64,000 nt of DNA. Source: an uncultured Bacteroidota bacterium. GTDB lineage: Bacteria > Bacteroidota > Bacteroidia > Bacteroidales > 4484-276. The translations under genes were made by a program, and so were the position numbers. Shown piece by piece: positions 19,111 through 27,010 of this stretch; positions within the stretch are counted from its first letter, which is position 1; each line of letters starts with the position of its first letter. The stretch spans positions 21,220 through 85,219 of the forward strand of contig CALFEP010000282.1 in assembly GCA_937950125.1 (NCBI GenBank), in the 5' to 3' direction. Below the pieces are notes generated by a model. It saw nothing but the letters and a program-made list of their open reading frames with translations. It searched no databases and was not told the origin of the DNA.

Positions 19111-21183
19111 TTATGCAGGATACTCAATTCTGATGTGGTAAATGTTCATCAGCTTTCGTTTCAGGATTTTCTTAATGATGGTGATGTCGCGCAGGGTAAT
19201 GTTGGAATTGATAAACTGGCCGGTATCCATTTGTTTGTTGATGATGCGTTCAACCAGGTTGTTGATGGTTTCTTCGTCGAACACCTTTAAACTTCGTGAT
19301 GCTGCTTCCACCGAATCGGCCATCATTACCACCGAGGTTTCCTTTGAAAAGGGGATGGGGCCGGGATAGGTGTATGGCCTTTCGTCGATGGATTCGCCAG
19401 GATTATCTTTTTTTTGAAGGATGTAGAAATAATCTACTTTCCGGGTTCCGTGGTGTGTCCTGATGAAATCAATAATTTGATCGGGCAGGTTGGCTTTGCG
19501 GGCTTTTTCGATACCTTTTATTACATGATCGATGATGATGCGTGCGCTTTCTTCGTTGGTCAGCTCGTCGTGCGGGTTTACGCCAGTTACCTGGTTTTCG
19601 ATGAAGTACATCGGATGATCCATTTTCCCGATGTCGTGGTACAAGGCGCCAGTACGTGTAAGCAGCGCATCGCCGCCAATGGCAAAAATAGATTCCTCGG
19701 CCAGGTTGGCCACCTGCAGCGAATGTTGAAAAGTACCTGGGGCTTTCATCGAAAGTTCACGCAGCAACCTGCTGTTGGTATCCGAAAGTTCCATCAGGGT
19801 AACATCGGTCACCATTCCAAAAAGTTTTTCGAACAGAAAAATCAGCGGATAGGCAAAAAGCATCAACAAGGCCGATCCGGCAAACATAAAATAGTTCATA
19901 CTTTTCAAGCCCGACAAATTCCCATCCTGAATAAGATTAATTCCTGTGTAAACAGCTGAATAAGAAATAAATATAATGAGCGCTGAAAAGAAAAACTGCG
20001 ATCGTTTCTGCAAATTGGCAATACTGAAAATGGTGATGATTCCAGAAATTAGCTGCATAAAAACAAACTGAAAGCTGTTGGGAACCAAAAACCCGATCTG
20101 AATTATGGTGATGATGTAAACGTACAAAGCCAGCCGCGTATCGAAAAATACCCTGATAAGCACCGGGGCAAGGCACAATGGTACCAGGTAAATGTACTGA
20201 AAGCCAAAACGGATGGCAATGCTTGTAAAAAACACCATCAGGATAATGATGATGAGAATAAGCAGTACCTTTTTATTATCGGCCAAAATATCTTTTCTGA
20301 AAAAATGCAGAAAAAAAACCAGTACCGTTAGCGAAATTGCTACCAAAAGCACCTGGCCGGCAAGAACATACCAGTAGTTTGAATGTTCATCCATCCTGTT
20401 TTCGTATTCAGTCTGGAGCGATTCAAGAATCTGGAACTTATTTTTTGTAATGACTTCCCCCTTCGAGATGATTCTTTCACCTTGTTGAACCATTCCGCGG
20501 GTGGTCGAAAGTTGCTCGAGGTTTTTTTCCTGTTCAGCCTTCGTCATACGGGCATTGTAGAAAATATTTTGGGTTATCGATTCCTCCAGCATTTCTTTTA
20601 ACAGTGCTTTATCTACATTATCCGAACTTTCAACCAGCTCATTCATCTTTTCGTAAGCGCCCTGTATAGTGTAAAGTTCAGACAGTTTTACCGGCTCGGC
20701 AAGGTTCTGGATGATAAGAATAATCCGGTAGTCCAGCGGTCGGTTTTCTATTTCCGGGATGGTTTGAATTACACCTTTAGTCAAGATTATCGAAATTATT
20801 TTTTGCCCTCTGTCAAGCGTTCGTTCCCTGAGGCTGGAAAGCTGATTGGCAGAGCCATATTTTGAATTCCAGGCCAGTTCGAAGTTTTCATTAAATTTTG
20901 TCTGTGTGCTTTCGATCCTGGTGAGATCGAAATCGAAATACAATAACCGGTTGGCGTTAATTTCGTTTCGCTCGGCATCTATTTCGTCCTGTGCTTTCAA
21001 AATGGCAAAATCAAAGGGTGCAATCAGGTCTTCATGCATCCAGGGCCGGCCTTTCAAAAACTCGTACTTGAATTTTGTTTCCTTCGGAAAGAAAGATACA
21101 AGAATCACAAGGCTTGCCAGCAGGAGCACACCTTTGTAAATATTCGAAAATTGTGTTCTGAGAAAAGAATTAATGCGGTTCAT
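19111..21183 (-). CDS. 7TM-receptor HD/HDIG phosphohydrolase (PgpH/YqfF-like)
   Basis: 690 aa with an extracellular N-domain, seven TM helices, and a C-terminal HD domain (HSLQVANLAE...ALYHDIGK...THHG). Confidence 0.85.
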   Translation of the reverse strand: MNRINSFLRTQFSNIYKGVLLLASLVILVSFFPKETKFKYEFLKGRPWMHEDLIAPFDFAILKAQDEIDAERNEINANRLLYFDFDLTRIESTQTKFNENFELAWNSKYGSANQLSSLRERTLDRGQKIISIILTKGVIQTIPEIENRPLDYRIILIIQNLAEPVKLSELYTIQGAYEKMNELVESSDNVDKALLKEMLEESITQNIFYNARMTKAEQEKNLEQLSTTRGMVQQGERIISKGEVITKNKFQILESLQTEYENRMDEHSNYWYVLAGQVLLVAISLTVLVFFLHFFRKDILADNKKVLLILIIIILMVFFTSIAIRFGFQYIYLVPLCLAPVLIRVFFDTRLALYVYIITIIQIGFLVPNSFQFVFMQLISGIITIFSIANLQKRSQFFFSALIIFISYSAVYTGINLIQDGNLSGLKSMNYFMFAGSALLMLFAYPLIFLFEKLFGMVTDVTLMELSDTNSRLLRELSMKAPGTFQHSLQVANLAEESIFAIGGDALLTRTGALYHDIGKMDHPMYFIENQVTGVNPHDELTNEESARIIIDHVIKGIEKARKANLPDQIIDFIRTHHGTRKVDYFYILQKKDNPGESIDERPYTYPGPIPFSKETSVVMMADSVEAASRSLKVFDEETINNLVERIINKQMDTGQFINSNITLRDITIIKKILKRKLMNIYHIRIEYPA

Positions 21184-21286
21184 ATCTTCATCTGAATGAC
21201 AGGCTAAAGTAGAAATAATTTAATTTTCTGATCATATTAAACCAGTTTTCAGCAAGTTTTGTTAAAATTGTCGAAAAAAAATTCGC

Positions 21287-22075
21287 ATGAATAATTTTGG
21301 TTTTTGTCATTTAACCATGGTTCCCGTAAGGGCAAACCCTTCACACAAAGCTGAAATGGTGAGTCAATTGCTATTTGGGGAAACTTTTGAAATTACCGAC
21401 AGGCATGCCGGTTGGAATCTGATCAGGTGTTCATATGATGATTACGAGGGCTTTATCGAGTCAGCACAGTTTTTACCTCTGAGTCACCACGAATGGCTGC
21501 ATTTGCAGGCTGCCAGCCAGTTTTATGTGTCCAATCTGGTGGATCAAATCGAAGAATCAGCCAATAACCAAAAGACATTGATCGTGGCTGGAAGTTCACT
21601 GCCAGGGTTGGAAAATCACGAGTTTTCGATGGGTGGAAAAAAATACCATTTCACTGGGCCGGCAACGCAGGGTACCTCTGAAAACCTGCGTGAGAAAATT
21701 GCGGGAACCGCCGAAAATTTCATTGGAATTCCATATTTATGGGGAGGCCGTTCACCATTTGGAATCGATTGTTCAGGATTCGTTCAGGTTGTCTTTAAAA
21801 TGAATGGAATAAAATTGTCGAGAGATGCGGCTTTTCAGGCTCAGATGGGTGACAATGTGCATTTAACCGAAGAATCTTTGCCCGGCGACCTGGCATTTTT
21901 CGATAATCAGGAAGGCAACATTGTTCATGTTGGGATTTTGTTGAAAAACTCCACCATCATTCATTCTTCAGGTCAGGTCAGGATAGACAAAATTGACCAT
22001 CATGGCATTTTTAACACCCATCTTGGAAAATACACCCACCAGTTGCGGCTTATCAGGCGGGTTTTGCCAGATTAA
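21287..22075 (+). CDS. NlpC/P60 (C40) peptidase with an SH3b-like N-domain
   Basis: Catalytic-Cys context YLWGGRSPFGIDCSGFVQ and downstream His HVGIL..IIHSS. Confidence 0.85.
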   Translation: MNNFGFCHLTMVPVRANPSHKAEMVSQLLFGETFEITDRHAGWNLIRCSYDDYEGFIESAQFLPLSHHEWLHLQAASQFYVSNLVDQIEESANNQKTLIVAGSSLPGLENHEFSMGGKKYHFTGPATQGTSENLREKIAGTAENFIGIPYLWGGRSPFGIDCSGFVQVVFKMNGIKLSRDAAFQAQMGDNVHLTEESLPGDLAFFDNQEGNIVHVGILLKNSTIIHSSGQVRIDKIDHHGIFNTHLGKYTHQLRLIRRVLPD

Positions 22076-22079
22076 TTCT

Positions 22080-24035
22080 TTATTCGATAATTGCAGCCCA
22101 ACCGCCGCCCGGCGCCATTTCCACCAGAATTTTATCCATTCGTGTTAGCATGCGGTTTTCAACCTTGAAATCGGTGGCTGTTTTATCGGCATTTGCCCCA
22201 TCTTTCCAGAGGGTAATTTTATGCATTCCTTCGGTTAAAAACGTCAAGGATATTTCTATCTGGCGTGCCGAAAAATCTGTCATTCCACCAATGTACCACT
22301 TGTTTTCGTTTTTGCGAGCAATGATCACGTAGTCGCCCACTTTGGCAGCCAAAACGCGTGTTTCGTCCCAGGTTACGGGAACCTGCTCTAAAAAAGTCAT
22401 GGTTTCCGGCTCTCTGTAATAATTTGAAGGGTTGTCGGCCAACATTTGCAGCGGACTTTCGTAAACCACATACATGGCTAACTGATGGCAGCGGGTTCCC
22501 TGGCTCATGGGTCTGTCCCACACCGGAGTGAATTGTTTTTGTGTTGCATTGAGCATGGCGCCCGGGGTGTAATCCATGGGGCCAGCCAGCATCCTTGTGA
22601 ACGGGATGGTTACATCATGTTCGGGCGTGACGGTTTTTGCCCATTTGTCGTTTTCGAGTCCGTGAACCCCTTCGCGGGTCATCACATTGGGGTAAGTACG
22701 GCGCAGGCCGGTTGGCTTGTACGACCCGTGAAAATCGACCATCAACTTACGTTTTGCTGCTTCAACCGCTACCCTCTCGTAATAATTCACCATTTTCTGG
22801 TCGTCGCGCTGCATAAAGTCCACCTTTATTCCTTTCACACCCCATTCCTGAAATTTATTGAGTGCTTGCTCCATTTGCCTGTCTAAGGTGAGCCATACCA
22901 CCCAGAGAATAATACCTACATTTTTCTTTTCTGCGTATGCAAGCAATTCTTCCATGTTGATGTCAGGATTTACTTTCAGCAGGTCTTCGGTGTCCGACCA
23001 GCCTTCATCCAGTATGATGTAAGGTATTTTGTAAGCTGCGGCAAAATCGACATAATATTTATAGGTGTCGGTGTTGAGTCCCGATTTGAAATCAACTCCA
23101 TAAATATTCAGCGCATTCCACCAGTCCCAGGCTACTTTTCCGGGTTCAACCCAAAAAAAATCGACAAGTTTGTTGGGTGTGGCAAGTTTGTACACCATGT
23201 TACTTTCCAGCAATGCTCCATCGTTGTCGGTGATGATGAGCACCCGCCAGGGGAATTGCCTTTTGCCTGCGGTTTTGGCGATGAAGTCAGCACTTTTCGA
23301 AACCGCAACTGTGCGGTCGTTTTGTTGGGTTTCTTCGAGCGGGAAAGGCGGGAATTTGCTGAAAAGCATGGGTTGATTTCTGCCTGAGCCGGTAAGGTAC
23401 ATTCCCGGATAATCCAGCAAGTCCGACTCGGTGATGGCAATTCTGGTTCCGTCGGGTTGGCATACAAGGGCTGGCATGCAGCTCATTTGTTCGTTGGTGA
23501 TGTCTTTGATGGCCAATAATGGATATTGGCGTTCGGAGTGGGTTAAAAAACTTTTCTCTTCAGGAAAATAAATACTGTCGGATGGATTGAACGAAAATGA
23601 AGCCAACTCGCTCAAAACCGTTGATTCTGTTTTAAAATCGGTGGCCCAGCGCCAACTAATGCCGTCGTTGTATGCTCTGAACAGCAGGCTGAAACGGTCA
23701 CGAAAGGAAATGGTGATTTCGTTGCAATGGTTTCGTATTTCAGCATATTTTTCTTTCACAACCGGAAAAATCGTCTCATCAATCAGGTTGTATTTGTACG
23801 ATTTAATTCTGGGTTTGGCTCCTGTGTTGATGCCATTGTCGAAAGCCAGCGAAATTTCGGATGGATGAACGATTTCTTTGCCTTTGAACAGGATGTTGTA
23901 TTCTATTTTCTCCTCGATATTTATCCTGACAACAAGATTTTCGTCAGGTGATTTCACTTCCAGTTTCTCAGCATAGGCCAACAATCCCGTGAACGTCAGC
24001 AAGGTAAAAATGATGGCTTTGAAAGTTTGTTTCAT
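22080..24035 (-). CDS. Glycoside hydrolase family 97 (alpha-glucosidase/alpha-galactosidase type)
   Basis: Signal peptide MKQTFKAIIFTLLTFTGLLAYA and GH97 hallmark GIKVDFMQRDDQ within a TIM-barrel core. The track start at 24047 is a GTG. Confidence 0.85.
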   Translation of the reverse strand: MKQTFKAIIFTLLTFTGLLAYAEKLEVKSPDENLVVRINIEEKIEYNILFKGKEIVHPSEISLAFDNGINTGAKPRIKSYKYNLIDETIFPVVKEKYAEIRNHCNEITISFRDRFSLLFRAYNDGISWRWATDFKTESTVLSELASFSFNPSDSIYFPEEKSFLTHSERQYPLLAIKDITNEQMSCMPALVCQPDGTRIAITESDLLDYPGMYLTGSGRNQPMLFSKFPPFPLEETQQNDRTVAVSKSADFIAKTAGKRQFPWRVLIITDNDGALLESNMVYKLATPNKLVDFFWVEPGKVAWDWWNALNIYGVDFKSGLNTDTYKYYVDFAAAYKIPYIILDEGWSDTEDLLKVNPDINMEELLAYAEKKNVGIILWVVWLTLDRQMEQALNKFQEWGVKGIKVDFMQRDDQKMVNYYERVAVEAAKRKLMVDFHGSYKPTGLRRTYPNVMTREGVHGLENDKWAKTVTPEHDVTIPFTRMLAGPMDYTPGAMLNATQKQFTPVWDRPMSQGTRCHQLAMYVVYESPLQMLADNPSNYYREPETMTFLEQVPVTWDETRVLAAKVGDYVIIARKNENKWYIGGMTDFSARQIEISLTFLTEGMHKITLWKDGANADKTATDFKVENRMLTRMDKILVEMAPGGGWAAIIE

Positions 24036-24134
24036 GATCAAGCTCACATTGGTTAATTGGGAGCGAAAGTAGAATTTTTACCGGATTTTCGGAATGAACG
24101 AAATCTCATTTTATGATTGAAACATGCTTCATCA

Positions 24135-24154
24135 TGATAATCAATTGATTATCA
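24135..24154. promoter_or_regulatory. Perfect 20-bp palindrome TGATAATCAATTGATTATCA (Fur-box-like candidate operator)
   Basis: Read directly from the sequence. It contains GATAAT/ATTATC hexamers and lies in the divergent GH97 / thioredoxin-like intergenic region. Confidence 0.5.
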
Positions 24155-24327
24155 ATTAAGGTAGGGTTTCTCATTATCCAAATATCTTAACATATTCCCA
24201 CTTTACAACTCCCCGGAAATAAATTACCTGAAAACAAATAACCAGAATGGTACAAAGTACTCGAAGAATTTTAATGAATGAAGAAAAAAATTAAATCGCT
24301 TTAATATCACCAATTCAATTTTTTTTC

Positions 24328-24335
24328 TACTTTTG
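24328..24335 (+). promoter_or_regulatory. -7 promoter box TACTTTTG for the 24371 gene
   Basis: Exact TAnnTTTG match, 36 nt upstream of the ATG. Confidence 0.4.
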
Positions 24336-24370
24336 TCGAAAATTTTCAAACAATAAAAACTTTTAAAAGT

Positions 24371-24724
24371 ATGATTTTACAAACAAACCTGAAACACGTA
24401 GTTACCGACACCGAGTTCAATGAATTGATTCAAAACAAGGAAAATGTGATGATTTGCTGTGGCCGGATGGGGCCAATGTGTATCCCGGTTTACCAGTCCA
24501 TGAAAAAAATTGAAAATGAATACAGCCATGTTGAGTTTTACGACATGCTATTCGACAATCCACATTCGCACGTCATCCGCAACCTGCCCGAATGTCGTGG
24601 ATTTATGGGATTGCCTTTTACTGTTTATTACAAAAACGGAAAACTTGTGAAAGCAACCGGTAGCATACAGTCAGAAACACAAATCAGGCAAATCCTTGAT
24701 GCAGAATTCAAGGATGAAAAATAA
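24371..24724 (+). CDS. Thioredoxin-fold protein with a non-canonical Cys motif
   Basis: 117 aa with overall thioredoxin-like layout (...VMICCGRMGPMCIPVY...GLPFTVYYKNGKLV...), but CCGRMGPMC replaces WCGPC. Confidence 0.6.
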   Translation: MILQTNLKHVVTDTEFNELIQNKENVMICCGRMGPMCIPVYQSMKKIENEYSHVEFYDMLFDNPHSHVIRNLPECRGFMGLPFTVYYKNGKLVKATGSIQSETQIRQILDAEFKDEK

Positions 24725-24748
24725 ATGGCACCTTCATTTTGATAAAAA

Positions 24749-24772
24749 GGCCGCTGGTAAATACCGGCGGCC
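24749..24772. terminator. Bidirectional intrinsic terminator
   Basis: GGCCGCTGG / CCGGCGGCC 9-bp stem (one G-U) with a 6-nt loop, an A-run before it and T6 after it, between convergent genes. Confidence 0.8.
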
Positions 24773-24795
24773 TTTTTTATTCATGAAGCAAAGTT

Positions 24796-25512
24796 TTACT
24801 TTTTTAGAATTGCATCCAGGACTTTATCCTTGTCGAGCTTTCGGGTGCAGAAGAACCAGTCATAACATTTCATGTCGGGATCAGTTGCATCCATGCGATC
24901 TTTTGCCGTGCCACACGAACCGGCCGGAGGAACAATTAAATCGTCACCCGGACGCCAGTCAGCGGGGGTTGCCACACCAAATTTATCAGCTGTTTGCAGA
25001 GCAATCAGTACACGGTACAATTCGTCGAAATTGCGGCCAAGGCTGAGGGGATAATAAATAATGGTGCGGATGATCCCTTTCGGGTCGATGAAAAACACAG
25101 CTCTGACGGCTTTTGTGTTGCTTTCACCGGGCTGGATCATGCCATATTTTTTGGCAACATCCATGGTGATGTCTTCGATGAGAGGGAATTTCACCTCTAC
25201 GTTTTTCATACCGCGGTACTCGATCTTTTCCTTGATGGTGCGGAGCCATGCAATATGGCTGTAAAGCCCGTCAACCGAAAGACCTACGAGTTTACAATTT
25301 GCCTGGTCGAATTGTTTCTCCATCGAGGCAAAAGTCATGAACTCTGATGTACAAACGGGCGTAAAGTCAGCAGGATGGCTGAAAAGAATTACCCAATTTC
25401 CGGTGTAATCTTCCGGGAAATTAATGTTACCCTGCGTGGTAACTGCTTTGAATTTAGGCGCTGCATCGCCAATTCGTGGCATCGCAACTACTTCATTTAA
25501 TTTATCTTCCAT
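24796..25512 (-). CDS. Peroxiredoxin, Prx6-subfamily with an archaeal-TPx-like C-terminal Cys pair
   Basis: 238 aa. Peroxidatic site FSHPADFTPVCTSEF. The C-terminal arm carries CYDWFFC (C-x5-C), as in the Aeropyrum-type CLDWWFC. Confidence 0.85.
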   Translation of the reverse strand: MEDKLNEVVAMPRIGDAAPKFKAVTTQGNINFPEDYTGNWVILFSHPADFTPVCTSEFMTFASMEKQFDQANCKLVGLSVDGLYSHIAWLRTIKEKIEYRGMKNVEVKFPLIEDITMDVAKKYGMIQPGESNTKAVRAVFFIDPKGIIRTIIYYPLSLGRNFDELYRVLIALQTADKFGVATPADWRPGDDLIVPPAGSCGTAKDRMDATDPDMKCYDWFFCTRKLDKDKVLDAILKK

Positions 25513-25542
25513 GTTAATAAAATTTAAAGATGAATATTAGAT

Positions 25543-26043
25543 TTAATTTGTTGTTGGATTGTTGATAGAAAGGTTTTTACTGCGCTCAATCGATTGCAGG
25601 GCGAGGTATTTATCCCCGAATTTTTGGAGGTTGTCCATCTCGATGTCGTACTGGTCGAAGTGACGTTCTTCGTCTTCCACAAGAGCTTCAAAGAGTTTTT
25701 TGGAAACCGAATCGGCGTTTTGAGCACATTCGTTTGCCCAGCGGTTGTAATCGTTGGCGCTCGATTCTTCCATTGTACGGGCTATTTCCAACATTTCTTT
25801 GACATCGTGAATTTTTTTGACGTTTTCGGATGCCACAAGATTTACTTCGCCTTTCAGGAAAAGAATGCGCTCGGCAATCCTTTCGATGTGCAGCATTTCT
25901 TCGATGGCGGTTCTTTTAAAAAGATTTGCTAACAGGTCGTAACCCTGGTCGTCGCAGTGAAAGTGGAAATACATGTACTGGTGCACAGCTGATAATTCGT
26001 CACCTACTGCCTTGTTCAACAGCTCAATACTTTTGGTTTTCAT
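25543..26043 (-). CDS. bfr: Bacterioferritin
   Basis: 166 aa that aligns by eye with E. coli Bfr. Ferroxidase ligands are in ELSAVHQY, IEEMLHIERIAERILFLKG (Met at the heme-ligand position) and EDEERH. Confidence 0.8.
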   Translation of the reverse strand: MKTKSIELLNKAVGDELSAVHQYMYFHFHCDDQGYDLLANLFKRTAIEEMLHIERIAERILFLKGEVNLVASENVKKIHDVKEMLEIARTMEESSANDYNRWANECAQNADSVSKKLFEALVEDEERHFDQYDIEMDNLQKFGDKYLALQSIERSKNLSINNPTTN

Positions 26044-26058
26044 TACAATGTTTTTTAA

Positions 26059-26478
26059 TTAGTTAGTGAATCGTCCAATAATCTGGAGTTTAATATCTTC
26101 AATGGTAAAACCATCAATTGTTTTCGTACTGAAATAGTTGCTGATCAGGGTGTTTAACTCGTTATCCTCATAATCCTCAATTCTATCGGAACCGGCACAG
26201 TAAAGATGATGATGATTGGTAAGCACAGAATCGTAACGCATTTTGTCTTTGTCCGTTTTCACCATTTTTATCAATCCTTTTTCGACGAAATTATCGAGGA
26301 TTTTGTAAATCGTACCAACGGCTACGTTGGGATGGTTTTTCCTGATGAAATCGATAATATTGTCGGCGGTGGGATGGTTTTTCATCACAGAAACTGCCTC
26401 TAACACCAACATTCGCTGTGGCGTTACCTTAAGTCCGGCATTTGAAATTTGTTCACGAATTCCGATCAGGTCCATCAT
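26059..26478 (-). CDS. Fur-family metalloregulator (Fur/PerR-like)
   Basis: 139 aa with a winged-helix N-domain (TPQRMLVLEAV...) and an HHHLYC metal-site region. Both CxxC pairs of the structural Zn site are missing. Only 15 bp separate it from bfr. Confidence 0.8.
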   Translation of the reverse strand: MMDLIGIREQISNAGLKVTPQRMLVLEAVSVMKNHPTADNIIDFIRKNHPNVAVGTIYKILDNFVEKGLIKMVKTDKDKMRYDSVLTNHHHLYCAGSDRIEDYEDNELNTLISNYFSTKTIDGFTIEDIKLQIIGRFTN

Positions 26479-26490
26479 TTAATTACTATA

Positions 26491-26505
26491 TGAGAATAAT
26501 TCTTA
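26491..26505. promoter_or_regulatory. 7-1-7 inverted repeat TGAGAAT-A-ATTCTTA (Fur/PerR-box-like), possible autoregulatory site
   Basis: 6 of 7 positions are symmetric. It resembles TGATAAT-N-ATTATCA and lies 13-27 nt upstream of the fur-family ATG. Confidence 0.35.
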
Positions 26506-26686
26506 AAAAAGAACTTTGCAAAAGTAAATGTTTGAAACAAACCGGCTCAATTAAAATTGTTAAATAATATTAAGCTTCTGCACTATTTATAATGACAAAA
26601 AATTGCTGAGAAGCCGGAGGAATTTTTATTAAAACAATATTTTTGCCGCCATCAAGTAAACAACGTTCTTCAGGTATTAAATCATG

Positions 26687-26814
26687 GTTTCTTCGGGGCA
26701 GGGTGAAATTCCCGACCGGCGGTAACAGCCCGCGACTCGCTTGCTGCTTTGCAGTTTTCGACTGATCTGGTGAAAATCCGGAGCCGACAGTAAAGTCTGG
26801 ATGGTAGAAGAAAC
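26687..26814 (+). promoter_or_regulatory. Cobalamin (B12) riboswitch
   Basis: 8-bp P1 helix GTTTCTTC (26687-26694) / GAAGAAAC (26807-26814). Conserved core strings are GGTGAAATTCC...CCGGCGGTAACAGCCCGCGA and TGGTGAAAATCCGGAGCCGACAGTAAAGTCTGGATGG (B12-box-like). It lies upstream of a TonB-dependent receptor. Confidence 0.8.
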
Positions 26815-26953
26815 AAGCCTTTTTCAATAATTTGCCAGGTGAAATGATACGATCATTTTGCCAGGTTTGGATTACGATTTGTGCAGAACGTGGTTTTTCT
26901 GTGCAGGTTGTGATTTTATTAAGGCTTTGTTCGTAAATTCTATCATTGCGCTG

Positions 26954-26982
26954 CCCCGGGGAGATATCCTTTGGGGTTTTTT
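26954..26982 (+). terminator. Attenuator terminator (expression platform of the riboswitch)
   Basis: CCCCGGGGAGATATCCTTTGGGG hairpin (G-U rich lower stem) followed by TTTTTT, 29 nt before the receptor ATG. Confidence 0.6.
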
Positions 26983-27010
26983 ATTGCCTGATCGTTACAA
27001 AATTAGATGT

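Noticed and set aside
26687-26814. TPP riboswitch as an alternative identity (CTGATCTGG resembles the TPP pyrophosphate-sensor helix; also CTGAGA at 29729-29734)
   Set aside because: The first region has no CTGAGA/ACCC pairing, and its other strings match the cobalamin core. The second is only an isolated hexamer inside the ATTATC-TGA-GATAAT inverted repeat.
26570-26827. 85-aa minus-strand ORF
   Set aside because: It covers the cobalamin riboswitch exactly. The region is better explained as a structured leader RNA.
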